From positions 1 to 39,639 of the forward strand of contig JAZSIN010000022.1 in NCBI GenBank assembly GCA_045533845.1: a stretch of DNA of 39,639 nucleotides, written 5' to 3'. How positions within the stretch are numbered: the stretch's first letter is position 1; each line of letters begins with the position of its first letter. Below are positions 35,730-39,639 of this stretch, in pieces. The notes under the pieces were generated by a model. The model searched no databases. It saw only the letters and a list, made by a program, of their open reading frames with translations, and had not been told where the DNA came from. The position numbers and the translations under genes were made by a program. The stretch comes from Eubacteriales bacterium. GTDB taxonomy: Bacteria > Bacillota > Clostridia > Oscillospirales > CAG-272.

Positions 35730-36848
35730 TTAGTCGGCGAAGCAGTCGTAATGCATCATTGCGCGGCGCATCACGCTCTCGATCTTATCTGCCATCAGGG
35801 AAAAGCCGAGATCCTGCGGGTGCGTTCCGTCCATCGTGCAGTCGGTCTCGTACTTGCCGATGAAGAAGGTCTCGCCGTCGATGTAATAGACGTTCCGGTC
35901 CCCCTTCGCACGTGCATAGCGGAAGGTATCGATGATGACGTCGCGGCGTGCGATGCACTTGTCCCTGTCCTGCGTTGCGACGTTCGGCTTCGAGATCATA
36001 ATGTACGGAATATCGGGATTCTTCGCGCGAATGATGTCATACAGCCGCTGATGGGTCTCCTTCAGATGCTCGACCGTGGGTGCGTTGTGGTCATAGTCGC
36101 AGATGAACATACACATCGGGAGAGACGCCATATATTCCGCGATCGCGATCTCTCCCTTCGCATTTCCCGAGAATCCGAGGTTCACACAGTTCATATTCAG
36201 TCTGCGCGAGAGGATATTCGGGTAGCAAAGGCCCGGTCGCGTTGCCGCCGTGCCGTGTACGATCGACGAGCCGTAAATGATGACAGGCTTCTTGTTGCGG
36301 TAGGGTCTTCCCTCCTTCAGCGTTGCATCCTCCTGAATACCGATATAGACGTTCTTCACCGCCGAATGGAGCGGGAAATGGATGACGTAGCTTCGCTCCT
36401 TCCGCTGACCGAAGCGAACGATCTGCTCGTAGCTGTCGGTCGAGCTGTAGGGTGGGAGAAAGGGCTTCAGGAAGCGGGTCGAATCGACGTCGTCGAGATA
36501 GATGTCGAAGCCCGCACTCATTGCAAGCGTCATATGCGTTGCGCGTCCGATTCCCTCGTATTCCGCACGCAGGATGATATACTGCGAGTCGGTGGTAAAC
36601 TTCAGACGTCCGCCCGCAGACTTCTTCTCAAGTCGTGCGACGCCGGGGTTCGTATTTGCCGCGACGTCGACGGGAAGCCTGTGGAAGGTCGTCTCAGTCT
36701 CGGGCTCGTAAAAATTATAAAGAGAGAACGGAGGCTTTCTTACATCGTGAAACTTTACGTCCTCGGTCTCGGGGAAGGAGGTCTCGATGATCATATTCTT
36801 ATCGACCTCGATGTCCTCCGTGCCCGTCAGCTTCTTTTCTTCTGCCAT
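35730..36848 (-). CDS. SGNH/GDSL-family hydrolase with an N-terminal GxDLY beta-sandwich domain (paralog 1, most divergent)
   Basis: GFDIYLDD (GxDLY motif). Block I IIYGSSIVHG, block II/III NLGFSGNAKGE, block V DGTHPQD. No signal peptide. AAGGAGG RBS. Confidence 0.8.
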   Translation of the reverse strand: MAEEKKLTGTEDIEVDKNMIIETSFPETEDVKFHDVRKPPFSLYNFYEPETETTFHRLPVDVAANTNPGVARLEKKSAGGRLKFTTDSQYIILRAEYEGIGRATHMTLAMSAGFDIYLDDVDSTRFLKPFLPPYSSTDSYEQIVRFGQRKERSYVIHFPLHSAVKNVYIGIQEDATLKEGRPYRNKKPVIIYGSSIVHGTAATRPGLCYPNILSRRLNMNCVNLGFSGNAKGEIAIAEYMASLPMCMFICDYDHNAPTVEHLKETHQRLYDIIRAKNPDIPYIMISKPNVATQDRDKCIARRDVIIDTFRYARAKGDRNVYYIDGETFFIGKYETDCTMDGTHPQDLGFSLMADKIESVMRRAMMHYDCFAD

Positions 36849-36863
36849 ATCTGTGTTCCTCCT

Positions 36864-37961
36864 TTACTCGCCCAAAAAGGGAACGTCGTTAAGAATACGG
36901 AGCATCGTACGGTGGACGCTGTCCGCCATCTTCAGCATTCCGATATCGTTCGGGTGGATGCCGTCAAGCGTGCATTCGCACTCGTCAGGACCCGAGAAGA
37001 AGCTCTCGCCGTCGATGTACCAGACAAGCTTATCGCCCTCGGCGCGTGCCGCGCGGAAGGTATCGATGATGACGTCTCTGCGGTCGATCGAGGCATTCGT
37101 GCGGAGCACTCCCTTCGCATTGTAGGTGTTGAAGCCCGGGCGGGAAAGGAGCAGGATCGGAATATCGGGGTGCGTCTCTCTCACGCGCTTATAGACCATG
37201 TAATGCGTCTCGCGCAGATACTCGGGGCTCGGCGCGTTGTGGTCGTAGTCGAGCACGAAAAAGCACATATCGAGCGACGCGAGGTAATCGACCATTGCGG
37301 GCTCTGCCTTTGCGGCACCTGCGAAGCCGAGATTGACGAAATCGGCGTTCAGTCTGCGGCAGACGAGCGAATTGTACGCAAGGCCCGGGCGGGACGCCGA
37401 CACACCCTGCGTGATCGACGAGCCGTAGAAGACGATCGGCTTTTCGTTCCGATACGGCAGTCCGGGCTTCAGCGTCGAGCCCTCCGCAAGTCCGATATAG
37501 AGCTCGTCAAAGCCCCTTAGAAGCGGCAGGTTCAGCGTGACCGAATGCTCGCCCTCGGGAAGACAGATCTTCCCGACGAACAGCTCTTCCGCATAGTTCC
37601 CTGCGGCGCGAAGCGAATGCACGAAGACCGAGGCGGGCTCTCTTCCGCCGACCTTCGGGTCGTCGATATAAAGGTCAAAGCCGAAGGCTCTCAGCTTTTT
37701 TCCCTTCAGAAGCAGTGCAACGTACGGGGAATCGGTTGTAAAGCGGATGCGCCCACCCGCGGTGTTGTAATTTCGTCTTGCGACCTTTACGCTCGTCGCC
37801 TCAGCGACCGATTCGGGCAGACGGCGGTAGGGTCCGCCGCCGTACGGCTCGTACAGGCCGTAGATCTTGAAGCAATCCTCTCTTGCGTCGTGGAACACGA
37901 CATCCTCATACTCCGAGGCAAGGCGAAGCTCTTCCTTCTTTTCCTCAGTCAACTCGAACAT
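36864..37961 (-). CDS. SGNH/GDSL-family hydrolase with an N-terminal GxDLY domain (paralog 2)
   Basis: GFDLYIDD, VFYGSSITQG, NLGFAGAAKAE (no Asn at the block III position), DGIHPND. No signal peptide. Confidence 0.8.
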   Translation of the reverse strand: MFELTEEKKEELRLASEYEDVVFHDAREDCFKIYGLYEPYGGGPYRRLPESVAEATSVKVARRNYNTAGGRIRFTTDSPYVALLLKGKKLRAFGFDLYIDDPKVGGREPASVFVHSLRAAGNYAEELFVGKICLPEGEHSVTLNLPLLRGFDELYIGLAEGSTLKPGLPYRNEKPIVFYGSSITQGVSASRPGLAYNSLVCRRLNADFVNLGFAGAAKAEPAMVDYLASLDMCFFVLDYDHNAPSPEYLRETHYMVYKRVRETHPDIPILLLSRPGFNTYNAKGVLRTNASIDRRDVIIDTFRAARAEGDKLVWYIDGESFFSGPDECECTLDGIHPNDIGMLKMADSVHRTMLRILNDVPFLGE

Positions 37962-38024
37962 AAGTATCTCCCTTCGTTATATAAGCATCTCGGGCCTCAC
38001 GGGAGACCCGTAAGCCACAGATCT

Positions 38025-39152
38025 TCATTCGCCCTTCAGGAATCGGGTCTTTTTCTCGATCCGAAGGAGCGCGCGGTGGACGGTGTTCGCCATTTTCAGC
38101 ATACCGATGTCGCTGGGATGAACGCCGTCGACGGTGCATTCGCATTCGTCCGGCCCCGCAAAAAAGCTCTCCCCGTCAATGAACCAAACACGCGTATCTC
38201 CCTCGGCACGCGCCCTCCGGAAGGTATCGATCACGACGTCTCTGCGCCTGATCGAGTCGTTCGTCCGAAGAACGCCCTTTGCGTTGTAGGTGTTAAAATC
38301 GGGACGAGAAAGCATCACAATCGGGATGTCGGGGTGTGTATCACGTACACGCTTATACGCCGTATAATGCGTATCCCGCAAATGAGCAAGGCTCGGCGCA
38401 TTGTGGTCATAGTCAAGCACGAAGCAGCACATATCGATCGAGGCAAGATAATCGACGATCGCCTCCTCCGCTCTCGCAGAGCCCGCAAATCCGAGGTTTC
38501 GGTAATCGGCGTTCAGTCTGCGGCAAACGATTGAGGTATAAGCAAGTCCGGGACGCGTTGCCGCCGCGCCCTGCGTGATCGAGCTTCCGTAAAACACAAT
38601 CGGCTTTTCGTTTCGGTACGGGCGACCCGCCTTCAGCGTCGCGCCCTCGGGAAGTCCGACGTAAAGTTCTTCAAAGCCGCCGTACAGCGGAAAATTGATC
38701 GTGATCGAATGCTCACCCTCGGGTAGGCGGAAGCGGTCACTGAAGGAGCCGTTCCCAAGCCCCTCGGGCGGGCGCATGGTCTGAACGAACTCAGAGTCGG
38801 CAACATCTCCGCCGACATCCTCACCGTCGATGTAAAGGTCGAAGCCGTGGCGATTGACGGGGGTCAGGATCGCTGAAAAATACTCGCTGCAGTTCTTCGC
38901 GTACAGCGCGATATACGAAGCGTCGGTCGTAAAGCGGAGACGTCCGCCCGCAGTATTCAGGTTCCGCCCCTTGACACCCTCGTTCGTTGCCTCGGCAACC
39001 GACTCGGGAATGCGGCAGTACCGTCCGCCGCCATACGGCTCGTAAAGGCCGTAGATCCGAAAGCAGTCCTCTCTCGCATCATGAAAGACCGCGTCCTCAT
39101 ATTGCGTGATGCTTCGCAGCTCCGCCTGCTTTTCAACCGTTAATTCGTACAT
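38025..39152 (-). CDS. SGNH/GDSL-family hydrolase with an N-terminal GxDLY domain (paralog 3)
   Basis: GFDLYIDG, VFYGSSITQG, NLGFAGSARAE (no Asn at block III), DGVHPSD. Closely similar to paralog 2 across the catalytic half. Confidence 0.8.
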   Translation of the reverse strand: MYELTVEKQAELRSITQYEDAVFHDAREDCFRIYGLYEPYGGGRYCRIPESVAEATNEGVKGRNLNTAGGRLRFTTDASYIALYAKNCSEYFSAILTPVNRHGFDLYIDGEDVGGDVADSEFVQTMRPPEGLGNGSFSDRFRLPEGEHSITINFPLYGGFEELYVGLPEGATLKAGRPYRNEKPIVFYGSSITQGAAATRPGLAYTSIVCRRLNADYRNLGFAGSARAEEAIVDYLASIDMCCFVLDYDHNAPSLAHLRDTHYTAYKRVRDTHPDIPIVMLSRPDFNTYNAKGVLRTNDSIRRRDVVIDTFRRARAEGDTRVWFIDGESFFAGPDECECTVDGVHPSDIGMLKMANTVHRALLRIEKKTRFLKGE

Positions 39153-39230
39153 ATAAAGGGATTCCTTTCCTGTCTTGTGTTATGCGCGCCGAGGCACATT
39201 GGGCATTCAAAACGCCATACTGTAAAGAAC

Positions 39231-39259
39231 AGTATACCATATATCCCCTTTACTGTCAA
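39231..39259 (-). promoter_or_regulatory. Promoter of the SGNH-hydrolase cluster (TTGACA-17-TATACT with TGg extended -10)
   Basis: Minus strand reads TTGACA (39259..39254), a 17-nt spacer ending in TGG, then TATACT (39236..39231). It lies about 80 nt upstream of ATG 39152. Confidence 0.65.
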
Positions 39260-39366
39260 GCAAAAATGCATGAAAAAGCGGCAGATAACAGGAAATTTTG
39301 ACCAAGTTTTCACTCAAAAAACACGAAAAACAGCAACATTTTTTCCAAAAAAGCACCCGCCGCCTC

Positions 39367-39395
39367 TTGACACACACGCTTTGTTCTGTTACAAT
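39367..39395 (+). promoter_or_regulatory. Promoter of the NuoE/HydC-like gene (TTGACA-17-TACAAT)
   Basis: ttgaca 39367-39372, a 17-nt spacer, tacaat 39390-39395. Confidence 0.6.
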
Positions 39396-39462
39396 AAATA
39401 AAGCGCCCCTTCTTCAGAGGGTGCGCGGTTCCGAACGTGAAAACTTGAAGGAGGGCTAAAAA

Positions 39463-39639
39463 ATGGCTCATATCAGTGACACGGCGGTCGCACAGATCAA
39501 CGCGATCTGTGACCGATACGCCGATGAACCCACCCCCCTCATGATGATCCTCAGCGACATCCAGAAGGAATACGGCTATATTCCGCTCGACGTCCAGGAG
39601 ATCGTCAGTAAGAGGACCGGTATCAGCGTTTCCGAGATC
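39463..39639 (+). CDS. NuoE/HndA/HydC-like [2Fe-2S] thioredoxin-fold subunit of an NADH dehydrogenase or hydrogenase complex (5' fragment, continues past the window)
   Basis: GAAGGAGGG RBS, then ATG 39463. My own translation is MAHISDTAVAQINAICDRYADEPTPLMMILSDIQKEYGYIPLDVQEIVSKRTGISVSEI, which resembles the N-terminus of the NuoE family. It is absent from the ORF track because no stop codon falls in the window. Confidence 0.6.
   Translation, partial: MAHISDTAVAQINAICDRYADEPTPLMMILSDIQKEYGYIPLDVQEIVSKRTGISVSEI

Noticed and set aside
35751-38534. Two long plus-strand ORFs (589 aa and 329 aa) antisense to the three SGNH hydrolase genes.
   Set aside because: They mirror the tandem paralogs, so they only look repeated and conserved. 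Motif content (GSS, GxDLY, DxxH), RBSs and the promoter all support the minus-strand genes.
1-39639. A scan of the whole window for CRISPR arrays, IS elements or transposases, integrases, prophage or defence-system genes, and rRNA or tRNA genes.
   Set aside because: I found no regularly spaced direct repeats, terminal inverted repeats or recombinase-like ORFs. The only repeated DNA is the tandem SGNH gene duplication. The window reads as core chromosome with a few accessory insertions.

Overview
This is a high-GC (about 60% by eye) chromosomal segment from a spore-forming Firmicute, probably an Oscillospiraceae/Ruminococcaceae-like Clostridia (inference). It is mostly core genome. About 38 genes are densely packed, mostly on the minus strand. 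I saw no rRNA or tRNA gene, CRISPR array, transposase or integrase.

Recognisable content:
- Sporulation genes: spoIIE, gpr, yqfC-yqfD, ylbJ.
- recA-recX.
- The conserved phoH-ybeY-X-era-recO string, followed by mutS2.
- prs, ridA, nagB, rnz, trmO, a type-2-like ileS, trxA, a cyclophilin and mrnC.

Stretches that look accessory or unusual:
1. An ECF sigma factor gene, followed 22 nt later by a membrane-anchored serpin.
2. Three tandem leaderless GxDLY+SGNH esterase paralogs behind one consensus promoter that carries a dyad. Two of the copies have lost the block III Asn.
3. A degenerate-pocket OmpR-type response regulator next to a canonical response regulator plus intramembrane-type histidine kinase pair.
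4. An oversized orphan family-5 solute-binding protein with both a lipobox and a C-terminal TM anchor.
5. A 66-aa ferredoxin-thioredoxin-reductase-like Cys-rich protein next to trxA.

Several TTGACA/TTTACA-17-TATAAT/TATACT promoters and hairpin terminators can be read directly and delimit transcription units. The many long ORFs antisense to real genes are high-GC shadow ORFs. All functional calls come from motif recognition by eye, with no database search.
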